The position numbers and the translations under genes were made by a program. This document shows positions 63,547 through 64,000 of a stretch of 64,000 nucleotides of DNA, in pieces (within the stretch, counting starts at the first letter, position 1; each line of letters starts with the position of its first letter). The DNA comes from Eremomyces bilateralis CBS 781.70 (lineage: Eukaryota). The stretch is taken from NCBI GenBank assembly GCA_010015585.1, contig ML975152.1. One strand, written 5' to 3'. The notes under the pieces were generated by a model that was not told where the DNA came from, did no database searches, and saw only the letters and a list, made by a program, of their open reading frames with translations.

Positions 63547-64000
63547 TCAACAACACCTCCCACCCCTCTCCCCTCTCCGTGCCCTCACCTCCCCATCCCA
63601 CCTCCTCACCTCCTCCCCACCTTCCGCCCCATCCCCACCTCCCGGCGCAATGCCCGGCAACCCCAACCAACTCCGTCGCTTATCCCCATACCCCACCCGA
63701 AAACTCCCGCCCCCCTCCTCCCCCCCAGGCTCGCAGTCGAAATACCCCCCCGCCCCACTATACCCCTCCAACCCCAGCTGCGCCGCCTCCGCCGCCTGCT
63801 GCTGCTCGACTAGCCGCCGAGTGATCACCCGGAATACCTCGTCGACGCCTTCGCCGGTGAGTGCGCTGATCTCGTGGCAGGAGTCCCAGCCCACGTCGGT
63901 GGTCCAGAGGTTGTGGGTGCTGGAGCGATTAGAGGGAGGGGTAGGGAGCGGAGCGTGGTTGGCGCGCGATTGCCCCGCGGGGAGAGATGGCCCGGGGAGC
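63547..64000 (-). CDS. Rab-family small GTPase, C-terminal part (5' end outside window)
   Basis: G5-type motif HEISALTGEGVDEVFRVITRRL and C-terminal CC prenylation motif (GGRCC). Confidence 0.8.
   Translation of the reverse strand, partial: LPGPSLPAGQSRANHAPLPTPPSNRSSTHNLWTTDVGWDSCHEISALTGEGVDEVFRVITRRLVEQQQAAEAAQLGLEGYSGAGGYFDCEPGGEEGGGSFRVGYGDKRRSWLGLPGIAPGGGDGAEGGEEVRRWDGEVRARRGERGGRCC

Overview
Eukaryotic DNA from a filamentous ascomycete (Pezizomycotina). Evidence: short GT-AG introns with CTAAC/CTGAC branch points and a divergent FAS1/FAS2 pair. Core genes, in order: a conserved hypothetical, an ATL1-type alkyltransferase-like gene missed by the ORF track, an MDR enoyl reductase, BUD13/CWC26, an HSL-type esterase, an AFG2-like AAA ATPase, an SDR, FAS beta and alpha, a type-B carboxylesterase, a cytochrome-b2-like gene ending in SKL, a DUF4360-like secreted protein and a partial Rab GTPase. 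Two accessory, decaying zones interrupt them. In the first (~19-26.1 kb), an intact repeat-stalk LysM gene lies head-to-head with a large GH18 chitinase whose 5' end is replaced by a piggyBac-like relic and which has a RIP-type TGG>TAG stop. The second (~42.5-59.8 kb) holds atypical kinases, pseudogenes, a small Cys-rich protein and TE relics. Core genes show alternating C-rich and G-rich blocks that accessory genes lack. No rRNA, tRNA or CRISPR was recognised. All family calls come from motif recognition by eye; no database search was run.
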